From an uncultured Chloroflexia bacterium (GTDB lineage: Bacteria > Chloroflexota > Anaerolineae > Promineifilales > Promineifilaceae): a stretch of 64,000 nucleotides of DNA. The stretch's first letter is position 1; every line of letters starts with the position of its first letter. A model generated the notes under the pieces. That model was not told the origin of the DNA. It did no database searches and saw only the letters and a list, made by a program, of their open reading frames with translations. Below are positions 10,498-20,774 of the stretch, in pieces. Location of the stretch: assembly GCA_963747345.1 (NCBI GenBank), contig CAVVFA010000030.1, positions 265,910-329,909 on the forward strand, read 5' to 3'. The translations under genes were made by a program, and so were the position numbers.

Positions 10498-11847
10498 TCA
10501 GGGTCGCCAGGGGATGGGTGGCACAACGGCCGTTTCTGCATAAGGCCCCGCCGCTAAATCATCAAAATACGCCTTCTCCAGCAGCAAGCTATATGAAAAG
10601 AGCGCATGTCCGGCCGTGCCAATATCCCGTGCCATCTGGATGCGTGCTGCGATTTCGTCAAACGAGCAGTAATGACCGCCGATGCCTGGAATGATATAAC
10701 GGCCGTTACTATCTGCTTCGAAATCCGCCACTAAAGTTCCCCATCGTTCTTGTGACCAATAAGGATTGTCATCTGGGCATACAGTGGTGCTACCCGGATA
10801 AATCATCGGCAAAATACCGTCTATCGTGCCATCTGCCAGCCATGCCTTTGAATCTTGATAATAAGAGGAGTAGCCTTCCTGGTACGCCTCCTCCCAACCC
10901 CACTCCGCTTTTTTCGTATGAACGGGCCACACCGCCGCTGATAGCCATAAATCTGGATGAGCCGTTAGCACTTCATCATAAATGCGTGCCACAAAATCAC
11001 TCACCTGTGCACGCTGCCAATCTTCATAACTGCTATAGCCAGCGGGGGCAGCCCCAAAACATTCGCCCGTTTCCGCCAAACTCACCGGATCGCAAGACAC
11101 ATAACTCTGAGCAAAACGAATACGATCGAGATGCAGCCCGTCTATTTCATATCGATCGGCAATGTCGTTCGCCACCGCAATGACATGATCCTCATGGAAT
11201 TCAGAGGCGGGTGCAGCCCACAAATATTGGTCTTCACCGCAAAAAACCTGGTTATCCATGAGCCACTGTAACCCGTTGACCACTTGCTCTTCGCCAACCG
11301 TCGTTGTGCCGTGTGCGGCGATGAGTTGATGGTAAAGTGGCGTGGGGCTGACAGTGGCATCGGGGATGGTACGGCATGAGGCTACCGGATACACATTCAA
11401 ATAAGCGTGCACCTGAAGACCTGATTCATGCGCCTTTTTAATCATATACGCCAGCGGATCACCCAATCCGTCCCATTCTGAACTAGGCGGCTGACCCAGG
11501 GCGCCATAATAGCCGCTGATTCGCTTGGCCCACGGTTCTATGTCTGAGTCGTAGTAAGCATCGGCTTCACCACGAATCTGGAAAAACAAAACGTTAAAAC
11601 CGGCAGCGGCGGCGTTTTGCACAATTTCATCAATTTTTGCTGGATGGGCACCATCCCATTCCGTCCAGTCAAAACGTGTCACCCATAATCCCCGGAATTC
11701 CGGTGGCGGTAGTGGCGCTGGTTTCACCACGATTGGCAAATAGATAAATTCAACAGAATCTTGGGCGGCTGTCAACCAAGCCCCCATCATGGAAATGACC
11801 AGCGTTGTTAATAAAGCCGCGAGTGTGATCAGTCGTCGTTTTGTCAT
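10498..11847 (-). CDS. secreted GHL10/DUF187 (YddW/YngK-like) glycoside-hydrolase-like protein
   Basis: N-terminal signal/TM; TIM-barrel-like composition; family assignment from recalled motifs only. Confidence 0.4.
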   Translation of the reverse strand: MTKRRLITLAALLTTLVISMMGAWLTAAQDSVEFIYLPIVVKPAPLPPPEFRGLWVTRFDWTEWDGAHPAKIDEIVQNAAAAGFNVLFFQIRGEADAYYDSDIEPWAKRISGYYGALGQPPSSEWDGLGDPLAYMIKKAHESGLQVHAYLNVYPVASCRTIPDATVSPTPLYHQLIAAHGTTTVGEEQVVNGLQWLMDNQVFCGEDQYLWAAPASEFHEDHVIAVANDIADRYEIDGLHLDRIRFAQSYVSCDPVSLAETGECFGAAPAGYSSYEDWQRAQVSDFVARIYDEVLTAHPDLWLSAAVWPVHTKKAEWGWEEAYQEGYSSYYQDSKAWLADGTIDGILPMIYPGSTTVCPDDNPYWSQERWGTLVADFEADSNGRYIIPGIGGHYCSFDEIAARIQMARDIGTAGHALFSYSLLLEKAYFDDLAAGPYAETAVVPPIPWRP

Positions 11848-11945
11848 GGTGTTCGTCCCTTGTTAGTACAAGCAATCTAGTTGCGCTACACCATACCGCA
11901 ACTGATCAACCAATCCCATGCAAAACCTGTTAATTTGAGAGGGAG

Positions 11946-11975
11946 ATTGTGGGAAAACGGCCGTTTTCCCACAAT
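11946..11975. repeat. 30-bp perfect palindrome ATTGTGGGAAAACGGCCGTTTTCCCACAAT centred on AACGGCCGTT
   Basis: Read directly; intergenic between GHL10 and gdhA. Confidence 0.7.
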
Positions 11976-12002
11976 AGACACCAGTTGCCAATTACCAAGA
12001 AA

Positions 12003-12038
12003 TCAAAAAAGCTCGGCACTCCAAAAAGTACCGAGCCT
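12003..12038 (-). terminator. Rho-independent terminator of gdhA
   Basis: Minus-strand hairpin ggctcggtac...gtgccgagc followed by T6. Confidence 0.5.
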
Positions 12039-12078
12039 CGTTTACAGTTGACTATTCACTGTCTCCGTTGACTGCTCG

Positions 12079-13329
12079 CTAAACCCAACCGCGCAGCCGC
12101 ACAGCCTGCGCCACGCGATCCACAGCAACCAGATACGCTGCCACGCGATTATTCACCTTCTTGATCTGTGCCATGTGATGAACATCATGGAACGCCTTCG
12201 TCATTTTTTGGTCAAGCCGTTCATACACCATGTCAGACGTCCAGTAATATTGGTAAGCATTTTGCACCATTTCCATGTAGGAGACAGTAACACCACCCGC
12301 ATTGCACAAGAAGTCTGGTAGTACGTACACCCCATTGTTAGCTAAAATCTTATCAGCTTCGGGTGTGGTAGGGCCGTTGGCAAGTTCCGCCACTATTTTT
12401 GCTTTAATGTGGGCCGCATTGCGACTGGTAATAACGTTTTCTAGCGCCGCAGGAGCCAACACCGTCACTTCCAGTTCTAACAGGGCGTCGTTAGAAATAT
12501 TGGTTGCCCCAGGGAAGTTGACGACAGAGCCGGTTTCTGCTTTGTGTTTTTTCACGGCTGGGGCATTTAAGCCATCCCAGTTAATAATACCACCGCGAGA
12601 ATCGCTGACAGCAACCACTTTCATACCTAACAACTCGTCTACCAGGGAATGATAGAAGGAACCTCCATTGCCATACCCTTGAATGGCACAAGTTGCCCCT
12701 TTTAACTGGATGCCCAATAAATTGGCAGCCTCCCGGGTGACGCAGATGCCGCCCCGCGCCGTGGCATCTTCTCGACCAGCAGAGCCGCCCAGAGCCAGGG
12801 GCTTGCCAGTAATGACGCCCGGTTCTCGATGGCCGACGAGTATTTCGTACTCATCCATCATCCACGCCATGATTTGAGGATTGGTGTATACATCCGGGGC
12901 GGGTACATCTTTAGTGAGGCCAATATAACGAGCAGCACAGCGCATGTAGCCCCGGCATAACCGTTCCAGTTCTGTTTGGGAGAGTTCGCGCGGGTTGCAA
13001 ACGACACCACCTTTTGCGCCACCTAAGGGGATATCGATAACGGCCGTTTTCCAAGTCATCCACGCCGCTAAAGCCCGCACGGTGTCGATGGTCTCTTCCC
13101 AGTGGAAGCGCAGGCCGCCTTTTGCTGGGCCACGGGCATCATTGTACTGCACACGATACCCACGAAACATGCGTGTTCGCCCGTCATCCATTTTCACCGG
13201 AATGGTGAAATGGAATTCGCGCATCGGTTCCCGCAGGAAGGCGTGCATATCTGGGTCAAGTTGTAAAATTTTAGCGGCCTCATCCAACTGTGCTTGTGCA
13301 ATTGCAAATGGATTTAGATTTTCGCTCAT
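12079..13329 (-). CDS. gdhA: NAD(P)-dependent glutamate dehydrogenase
   Basis: Glu/Leu/Phe/Val dehydrogenase family; GGAKGG motif; 416 aa. Confidence 0.85.
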   Translation of the reverse strand: MSENLNPFAIAQAQLDEAAKILQLDPDMHAFLREPMREFHFTIPVKMDDGRTRMFRGYRVQYNDARGPAKGGLRFHWEETIDTVRALAAWMTWKTAVIDIPLGGAKGGVVCNPRELSQTELERLCRGYMRCAARYIGLTKDVPAPDVYTNPQIMAWMMDEYEILVGHREPGVITGKPLALGGSAGREDATARGGICVTREAANLLGIQLKGATCAIQGYGNGGSFYHSLVDELLGMKVVAVSDSRGGIINWDGLNAPAVKKHKAETGSVVNFPGATNISNDALLELEVTVLAPAALENVITSRNAAHIKAKIVAELANGPTTPEADKILANNGVYVLPDFLCNAGGVTVSYMEMVQNAYQYYWTSDMVYERLDQKMTKAFHDVHHMAQIKKVNNRVAAYLVAVDRVAQAVRLRGWV

Positions 13330-13549
13330 TTGATTTTTCTCCTTTTTCTTCTCTGATGCTACCCGTTATTTTCAAAATGCCACAGGTGCATTCTGAAAGG
13401 CGCTATGAAGCGGAATGATGTCATGATTGTACATAATTTATCGAGAGGGCAAAACTAACAAATGTCACATCTCTACCCAATCAAAGACAGCTTTGGTAAA
13501 CTTCACCTTGATATTGTCTGTCATTTGGATTCTATAAATCGGGGATTGT

Positions 13550-14359
13550 ATGTTCAAACAACTCATTCCAGCCTTCTTCTTTAGCAGCTCAGTTGCTTCC
13601 CTGGCATTTTGGCGAGGGTCACTTTCTAAATCGGGCGTGGCGGGTGCCTTGCTTGTCGGCACGTTAACGTTTGGTCTCGGCGGCTGGTTTTGGGGAATAT
13701 TGTTAGGCATCTTTTTCATCAGTTCAAGTTTGCTCTCTCACTTTAAGGAATCTGAAAAGCGTCAAGCAGCAGAGAAATTTGAGAAGGGGCATCGTCGTGA
13801 TTTTGGGCAAGCCATGGCAAATGGCGGCACAGGCGCAATAATCGCCTTGCTGAACGTATTGCTGCCCTCCCCCGCCTGGTTTTTCATGTTTACTGGCTCC
13901 ATCGCCACGGTTACGGCCGATACCTGGGCCACTGAATTAGGCACCCTGAGCCAAAATCCACCACGTCTTATCACGACGGGCGAATCGGTGGAGGTTGGTA
14001 CATCGGGCGGTGTGTCTTTGTTGGGAACGGCCGTTTCCACGTTAGCAGGTCTCATCATTGGCCTGGCCGCCGGGCTGCTCGGCAAAAAATCAGTGTGGAA
14101 GATGGCCATCATCGGGGCATTCAGCGGGCTGGCGGGTTCTCTGTTTGACAGCTTACTGGGGGCGACCGTGCAACAAATCTATTACTGCGACACTTGCCAA
14201 AAAGACACCGAACGCAAAATCCATAAATGCGGCACAGAAACCCGCCAAATTCGCGGCTACGCCTGGCTCAACAATGACATGGTTAATTTGTTTGCATCGT
14301 TGATAGGCGGTGTTGTGGCTGTAGCCCTATGGTGGCTTTTACGAAATAAAAAAGAGTAA
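13550..14359 (+). CDS. DUF92/TIGR00297-family polytopic membrane protein (VTE6/polyprenol-kinase-like)
   Basis: Multiple TM helices; Gly-rich motifs; DSLLGAT motif. Confidence 0.45.
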   Translation: MFKQLIPAFFFSSSVASLAFWRGSLSKSGVAGALLVGTLTFGLGGWFWGILLGIFFISSSLLSHFKESEKRQAAEKFEKGHRRDFGQAMANGGTGAIIALLNVLLPSPAWFFMFTGSIATVTADTWATELGTLSQNPPRLITTGESVEVGTSGGVSLLGTAVSTLAGLIIGLAAGLLGKKSVWKMAIIGAFSGLAGSLFDSLLGATVQQIYYCDTCQKDTERKIHKCGTETRQIRGYAWLNNDMVNLFASLIGGVVAVALWWLLRNKKE

Positions 14360-14362
14360 ACA

Positions 14363-14426
14363 AGTTGCAGAGTGGCAAAGTTGCAGGGTAAAGACACCTT
14401 GCTACTTTGCCACCTTGCAACTCTGT
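14363..14426. repeat. imperfect palindromic repeat, family 2 (GTTGCAGAG / TGGCAAAG / CTTTGCTACTTTGCC modules)
   Basis: Related copy at 40417-40500; intergenic before the WD40 gene. Confidence 0.45.
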
Positions 14427-14438
14427 AACCTTTAACCT

Positions 14439-15368
14439 ATGAAAAAAGAAACTTGTCCAGCCGGTTTTAAGCTTCGGCATATTCTCAAAGCGAGTAATCG
14501 CGCGATTACTCGTATTGCTTGGTCGCCAAACGGCCGTTTACTGGCCTCTGCTTCCTATGATCAAACCGTGCGCCTCTGGAATACGGAAATCGGTAAGGAA
14601 CTGCGCGAGATTCTCGGGTACAGTGGTTCCGTTTTCACCGTCACCATAACCGCTGACGGCATCTATATGCTGTCAGCGTCTAAAAATTCGGTCAAGGTTT
14701 GGGATGTGGCGGGTGAAGACCGCCCACGAACCTTGCGGGGACACAAAGATTATGTGTATACCGTCGCTGTCACCCCAGACGGACGCACCGTGCTTTCTGG
14801 AGCTTATGATCAAACCATCAAATTATGGGATTTTGAGACTGGGGAAACGATAGCGACGATGCGGGGGCATAACGGCCGTGTCAACGACCTCGCCATTAGT
14901 GCCGACTCCCAAATTGCCTACTCCTGCGGTGGAGACAGCCTCATCAAGGTATGGAACCTCGACCAGCAGCGTGAAATCAACACCTTGCGCGGCCATACCG
15001 GCGAAATTCACGCCATCACCTTAAGCCCTGATGGCAGATTGCTTGCCTCAGCCGCTTACGACCACACCATTCGCCTCTGGGATACTGTCACGGGGCACCC
15101 CCTTACCAGCCTTGAAGCGCATACCAAGCCCGTTACTGGCGTTTCCTTTTCCGCAAATAACCAGTTTCTGGCCTCAAAATCGGCTGACGGTACTGTGCGT
15201 ATCTGGCGTTGTTCAGATTGGACAACCGTTGCCATTCTTGCTGAACCACATTCATCCTTTGCCTATTCCGCCATCGCCTTCCAACCGCAAGGCACTCAAC
15301 TCGCCACCTTAGGCGATAAAGACAAAGTTATTCGTATTTGGGATTGCGATTTTTCCGTTTGGGCGTGA
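14439..15368 (+). CDS. WD40-repeat protein (7 blades)
   Basis: Seven xxWD/WN repeats (RLWNTE, KVWDV, KLWDF, KVWNL, RLWDT, RIWRC, RIWDC). Confidence 0.8.
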   Translation: MKKETCPAGFKLRHILKASNRAITRIAWSPNGRLLASASYDQTVRLWNTEIGKELREILGYSGSVFTVTITADGIYMLSASKNSVKVWDVAGEDRPRTLRGHKDYVYTVAVTPDGRTVLSGAYDQTIKLWDFETGETIATMRGHNGRVNDLAISADSQIAYSCGGDSLIKVWNLDQQREINTLRGHTGEIHAITLSPDGRLLASAAYDHTIRLWDTVTGHPLTSLEAHTKPVTGVSFSANNQFLASKSADGTVRIWRCSDWTTVAILAEPHSSFAYSAIAFQPQGTQLATLGDKDKVIRIWDCDFSVWA

Positions 15369-15462
15369 TTCCAACTTCTGGTGGCTGATCCAATAGCCGT
15401 ACACAACCAAAAGTGATAGCATATCGCGCAGTGATAAGCGCACCCTATCTGTTTAGCATTCA

Positions 15463-16761
15463 ATGAAGGCCATGACCATTAGCAGTGATTTTCAAAACGA
15501 GTCACCCCAATCCGTCGATTTACTCGCCAGACGAAATCGCTTGTTGCGGTTGCTCAACAAAGCCAGCCAGGCACTGACCTCCACATTAGAAACAGAAGAA
15601 GTTTTAGAACGTCTCTTGCAAGTTGCCATTGAAATCATTGGTGCACACGGCAGTTCTGTTTGGCTGTGTCATGACGCGTATCCAGAACTACTGATATGCC
15701 GGGCGGCTTTCCACTCTGGTACGGGTGATAATGGCGGCGATGATGCCATGTTGGTGAATCAAATTTTAGAGCCAGGACAAGGCATTGCTGGTTGGACTGC
15801 GTTGACTGACCAGAGCACCATCGTTAATCAAGTTCAAGCGGATCCCCGCTTTTTCCCAAAAATAGACAAACGCAGTGGTTTTCATACGACCTCTCTGCTT
15901 GCGGTTCCCATGCGCGTTCAAGATAGGGTGATTGGCGTTTTAGAAGTCATCAACAAGCATAATGGCTTTTTTGATGATGAGGATTTGGCCGTGGCTGAAT
16001 CATTGGCGGCATCTGCTTCTATTGCTATTGAAAATGCGCGTCTGGTTGAGACGCTTCAATATCAAAAACAAGACCTGCAAGCCCAAAATGAAGAGCTAGA
16101 TGCCTTCGCTCATACCGTCGCCCATAATCTAAAAAGCCCCCTTTCCCGATTAGCTGGATTTGCCGAGCTGCTTATCATTGATGAGGATCATTTCACGGAT
16201 GAAGAAAAGAAAAACGTTAAGCAGCGCATCATCGACAATGCTTACCGCATGAATAGTATTGTGGATGAGCTCCTGCTTCTCTCTAGTGTGCGCAAAGCTG
16301 ATGTCACGTTACGGCCGTTATCCATGACTGATATTATCGATTCCACCATAGAGCGTGTTCAGTATCTCATCGACGAACACAAGGCCACCATCATCTTGCC
16401 CGAAACATGGCCGGCGGCGATGGGGCATGCGCAATGGATTGAAGAAGTGTGGGAGAATTATCTCACCAATGCGATGAAATACGGCGGTAATCCTCCGGTG
16501 ATTGGCCTTGGGGCGGAGAAGATTGAACATAGTATGGTTCAATTTTGGGTGCGTGATAATGGGCAAGGGATTCCTGCCGAGCAACAAACGTTTCTGTTCA
16601 CACCTTTCACGCGCTTGAATGAAGTGCGTATTAGTGGATACGGGCTGGGACTCTCGATTGTGCAGCGCATCATTCATAAATTAGGTGGCGCTGTCGGCCT
16701 GGAAAGTGAAGTGGGAAAAGGGAGTTTGTTCTATTTTACGCTGCCAGCACATGAAGAATGA
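15463..16761 (+). CDS. GAF-domain sensor histidine kinase
   Basis: GAF region, HisKA H-box (AHNLKSPL), HATPase_c (GYGLGLS). Confidence 0.75.
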   Translation: MKAMTISSDFQNESPQSVDLLARRNRLLRLLNKASQALTSTLETEEVLERLLQVAIEIIGAHGSSVWLCHDAYPELLICRAAFHSGTGDNGGDDAMLVNQILEPGQGIAGWTALTDQSTIVNQVQADPRFFPKIDKRSGFHTTSLLAVPMRVQDRVIGVLEVINKHNGFFDDEDLAVAESLAASASIAIENARLVETLQYQKQDLQAQNEELDAFAHTVAHNLKSPLSRLAGFAELLIIDEDHFTDEEKKNVKQRIIDNAYRMNSIVDELLLLSSVRKADVTLRPLSMTDIIDSTIERVQYLIDEHKATIILPETWPAAMGHAQWIEEVWENYLTNAMKYGGNPPVIGLGAEKIEHSMVQFWVRDNGQGIPAEQQTFLFTPFTRLNEVRISGYGLGLSIVQRIIHKLGGAVGLESEVGKGSLFYFTLPAHEE

Positions 16762-16808
16762 GGAGATTAGAGACTGGCATAATCTCCAATCTCTAATCTC
16801 CAATCTCA
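16762..16808. repeat. heptamer-based hairpin element (AGATTAG/AGATTGG family), locus A
   Basis: ggagattagaga-loop-tctctaatctccaatctc; immediately after the His-kinase stop. Confidence 0.55.
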
Positions 16809-16829
16809 ATTATGCATGTTCTTTTATAT

Positions 16830-19257
16830 TCATTCCTTATTTGTTTTTCTCCGGCGTAACCCCACCAACCCCGTCACAATAAATAACGGCATCAGCATGG
16901 CTGTCCCGCAGATACCACTGGTAAGGTCTGTGGCTTCTGGCTTTGCGCCAGGGGGTGATGGTTCGGGTTCGGTGTTGGCTGGTTGTGTCGCTGGGGGATT
17001 GGTAACGGCCGTTTCCCCCCCATCTCCCTCTTCCACCACTTCCACCTCAGTTGTCTCCGGCAGCACAATCGTCTCCGCGCCACCCGTTTCCACTATTTCA
17101 TACACCTGCCCTTCGTAGACCACCAGTACATTCTGTCCCAGCGCAAAGTATTGGCCTAGTTCTGGAGCAGCGGCGAGCAAATCGAAGTAGGTATCGGTGG
17201 CAAACCCGACCGGCTGCGGGTGTTTGTTTTTCAGGATCGAAGGTGGTGTCTGTGTAACGGCCGTTACGCCATACAAACGTCTTACTACCCACCAACTTAA
17301 CTGCCTCATCCACAGAGCCGTTCACATCCCCATCCGCCTTTTCCGCGCTCGGCAGCATCGTCGGTAAGGCCATCGGTGCTGCCGCTTCCGCCATATCGGC
17401 CGAGGCCGCTGCTTCATCCACAGCCTCGCTGCTCGGGGCAAAGAAACCACCCTCTTCCTCAGTCGGTTCCTCCGCGATTTCTTCCTCCACAATCACATTT
17501 CGCCCCGTTTGCGTGAAGATGTCATCTTCCTCAATAAGATAGCTGGTGTAGGGGGTGATAATGCCGTAGCGGATGCTCAAATTGACCACGCTCTGCACCA
17601 GTTCTGGATTATCCCCATGCAGCCGAATCTCACGCAGCAGATGGCCGATGGCCCGAGTCGCCCACAACCGCGGGATGAAATCATCGCCGCCGCGTGTGCG
17701 GAACAGATTGTCTTCATACACAAATTCCTGCGGCTCGCCGTTGACAATGCCTTTAAGCGTAATTGTCGCCGCCCCGCCGTCACGATACCGTCCCGTCAGC
17801 ACCAATTGATTGCCCGCAAACAGGTCTGGCAGCGTATCGGGGTACAGCTGCTCCACCACAATGCCGTCAAAATCCAGGCTGATGTCAGACAGCACCGGCG
17901 CACTGGCTTTGGCAAAGAAACTGCTCACTTCTTCGTCGATGGCCTCATGCGGGCGCACATAAGTCGTGGTGCCGCGATGGTTTTCCGCCAGCGCATCCAG
18001 CAAATTCGGGTCTACATCGTCGCCCACGCCAAAGACAAAAATGCGGGCATTACGGGGCATCGCCTGTGCCACAGCATCGAGCAGCAGCGGCGTCTCCACA
18101 ATGCCTTCGGTCGCCAGACCATCCGTTAAAAAGATGATGGTGGTGGGACGTTGGGGATCAAGCATAACGGCCGTTTCCAACAAAGCCTGACTAATATTTG
18201 TGCCACCAACCGCTTCCAAACTGTTGATGAAGCTGTCTACGCCACCCGGCTCGTCTGCCGAAACCAAATCTTGCTCATACAGGCGCACACCAGTCGAGAA
18301 CGGCACAATATTGAAGCGGTCTTCCGGGTTCAAATGCCCAACGACGTATCGCGCCGCCTCCTGTGCCTGCGCCATTTTCTCGCCTTCCATGCTGCCCGAG
18401 GTATCCATCACCACAATCACATCTTTGGCAATCACCTCGGCCACATCCACACTAGGCGCGACCAGCAGCGTGAAGAAACCATCCTGGTCTGCCTCTTTGT
18501 AACTGAGCAAATTCAGGCCAATATCTTCTGGCGAGACTGTGTAATACAGTTCAAAATCGGTGTCAGCGACCACATTGCTGTCTTCATACCCCGCCACTGC
18601 GTGAAAATCCCCGTCGCGGTTAATGGCAACGGCATGGCTGGGCGAATAAATGGCGCGAATCGCTTCGTCAGAAAAAATTTCCACGCGAATGCTCTGGTTT
18701 TCCAGCGGCGTGTTGGTATACAAGTCAGTTGATTGCGGATAGACGTAGTGGATGACGCCATTGTCAGCCGGCAGCACCTGCGTATATTCGATTTCCACGC
18801 GTCGCTCATCACGCGGCGGAATGGGGAAGACGTTGGCCTGGATGGCTTGCGTGCCCACGTATTCCAGCAGCGCCGGATCACGCAGTTGGCGCACGATTTC
18901 GTCGTAGATTTGACGCGCTTCCTCTTTCTCCAGGATTTTGGCTTCGATGGGCTGCCCATCCACCCACATGGTGAGTTGGTTCACCGCCGCCCCTTCAGGC
19001 AGCGGAAAGAGGTAAGTGCCTTCCAGCATCCAGTCGTTGTCGTTGACAAACAGCTGCTCGATGTGGGTGGTGGCAATCTGGTTGTCGATGGTGGTATTGA
19101 CGCGCTGGTATTCGATGGTCAAGCCGTTCATGTCCCACACAGGCGGCTCGATGGGCAGTGGTTCTGGAATGATGGGGTCGTCTTGGGCAACGGCCGTTCC
19201 CACCACACTCATCAAAATTACAAATAAAGTCAGGAATAACGCAATCGTTTTTCTCAT
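16830..19257 (-). pseudogene. secreted VIT plus vWA domain protein with C-terminal TM/basic tail; apparent frameshift near the 3-prime end
   Basis: Signal peptide; VIT region; vWA MIDAS motif (DTSGSM); the 719-aa ORF turns to nonsense after DPEKQTP while ORF 16830-17309 in another frame continues (GFATDTYFDLL... ending GLVGLRRRKTNKE); T5 run at 17227-17231. Confidence 0.65.
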
Positions 19258-19317
19258 GGCAAATGCCTCCTAAGCTGCTTGCTATGATTAAAAGACGTTG
19301 CAATAAAGAAAAAGGTT

Positions 19318-19363
19318 CCAGCGATTAACGATTAACGATTGGGGATTGACGATTGGGGCATTC
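19318..19363. repeat. direct tandem heptamers CGATTAA/CGATTGG x6
   Basis: cgattaacgattaacgattggggattgacgattgggg. Confidence 0.5.
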
Positions 19364-19399
19364 ACGGCAAAAAGCGCGAAGCAGGCAAAGATTCTGGTT

Positions 19400-19722
19400 T
19401 TTCTCTGCCAATTTTTGCAACGAATTACACGAATTAGGTAAAAGCGGGAAAGTTTTTGGAAATAAAATTGTGCAAAACCCGCTTTTCCTTGAAGGAAACC
19501 ACAATTTTGCGTGTTGGTAATTTTAAGAACTTTTTGTGGTTTACCTATCACTAATTTTGGGTTTAGGTAAACAGCAGAAAGTTTACTGAAGACCGGGACG
19601 CTAAAATCTGCGGTTTCCTTCAAGGAATCGGCAAGGTTTCGCATGATTTATTTTTGAAAATTTCTTGCCGATTCCCTAATTCGTGATAATTCGCGGAAAT
19701 TCGTTGCAAAAATTTCGGAACC
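19400..19722. repeat. nested inverted-repeat element (MITE-like or structured leader) in a 490-bp intergenic region
   Basis: Outer inverted repeat atttttgcaacgaatt...cacgaattagg / cctaattcgtg...aattcgttgcaaaaat; inner perfect 16-bp inverted repeat ttccttgaaggaaacc / ggtttccttcaaggaa. Confidence 0.4.
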
Positions 19723-19749
19723 CCAGCAAATCCTAAAGAACCAAAGAGT

Positions 19750-20697
19750 TTAATTTCGGGCTGGTGCATCTGGCAGCACCGTCACCACATGGCCGTATTC
19801 GAGGGTACGGGCATGGTTTACAGCGGCAGCGACGGCGGCGGCGGCAGAAGAACCGACTTCAATGCCTTCACACAACGCCAACATCTCTTGCATCGCATCC
19901 GCTTCTACGCGGGTGATGGTCATGGCGGCATCAGCCACTATCTCATTGTAGATGGCTGGGCGGATAGCCGTGGGCATATGCTTCAAACCTTTGATGCCCT
20001 CTTTGGCACTGGCTGGCTGGACGGCGATGTTTTTAATATCTGGGTTAAACGCTCGCAGCCGACGAGCTGTGCCTAGAAATGTGCCGCTGGAGCCTAAAAC
20101 CGCCACAAAATCGGTGACTTGGCCTTGCGTTTGCGCCCAGATTTCGGGCGCCATTGTTTCGTAGTACGCTTGCCAGTTGGCGGGATTGTCGTATTGACGG
20201 GCATAGAACAACGTGGGGTCGCTCTTGGCAATTTCGCGGGCGGCACGAATGGCCCCATCGGAGCCTTGGCTGCTGTCGGTAAGAATGACTTGCGCACCCA
20301 GGCCGCGCAGGTGGGAGATGCGTTCATCTCCAACGTTTTCTGGCACACACAGCAGCAGTTTGTAACCACGTGCTTTGCCGAGCAGTGCGTAAGCCATCGC
20401 CATATTGCCCGAGCTAGAATCGAGTATGGTCATGCCGGGCCATAGCTGCCCATTTTCTTCGGCGGTGCGAATAATGTGCAGCGCCGCCCGGTCTTTGACG
20501 GAGCCACTGGGATTAAACCATTCAGCTTTGGCATAGAGCTGCACGGTTTCTGGGAGATTGGCGGCAACGGCCGTTTGCTTCAAATGCAATAAGGGTGTGT
20601 TACCAACTTGGGCTTCTACGCTCAGTGGGGAATAGGAATAGATGTGTTTGGTGGTGAGTGAATTAAGCATGTGGGCAAGTATAGAAGCGGGATTCAC
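19750..20697 (-). CDS. PLP-dependent cysteine synthase family enzyme (CysK/CysM/CBS-like)
   Basis: SGSVKDRAA Lys-PLP motif; fold-type II. Confidence 0.7.
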   Translation of the reverse strand: MNPASILAHMLNSLTTKHIYSYSPLSVEAQVGNTPLLHLKQTAVAANLPETVQLYAKAEWFNPSGSVKDRAALHIIRTAEENGQLWPGMTILDSSSGNMAMAYALLGKARGYKLLLCVPENVGDERISHLRGLGAQVILTDSSQGSDGAIRAAREIAKSDPTLFYARQYDNPANWQAYYETMAPEIWAQTQGQVTDFVAVLGSSGTFLGTARRLRAFNPDIKNIAVQPASAKEGIKGLKHMPTAIRPAIYNEIVADAAMTITRVEADAMQEMLALCEGIEVGSSAAAAVAAAVNHARTLEYGHVVTVLPDAPARN

Positions 20698-20774
20698 GCA
20701 TTTCCAGCACCATGCAAAACATTCATGATTTTTATAGTATCTATAGATGATTTCTATATAATGCCGGTTTGGAG

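Noticed and set aside
13465-13719. 84-aa minus-strand ORF overlapping the DUF92 gene start
   Set aside because: Pro/Asn-rich low-complexity translation on the opposite strand of a better-supported gene.
17140-17160. LPETTE in the VIT-vWA C-terminal module as a sortase LPXTG signal
   Set aside because: It lies about 60 residues upstream of the hydrophobic helix instead of directly before it.
19288-19644. 118-aa minus-strand ORF inside the nested inverted-repeat region
   Set aside because: AT-rich, low-complexity translation overlapping the repeats; no start-codon context.
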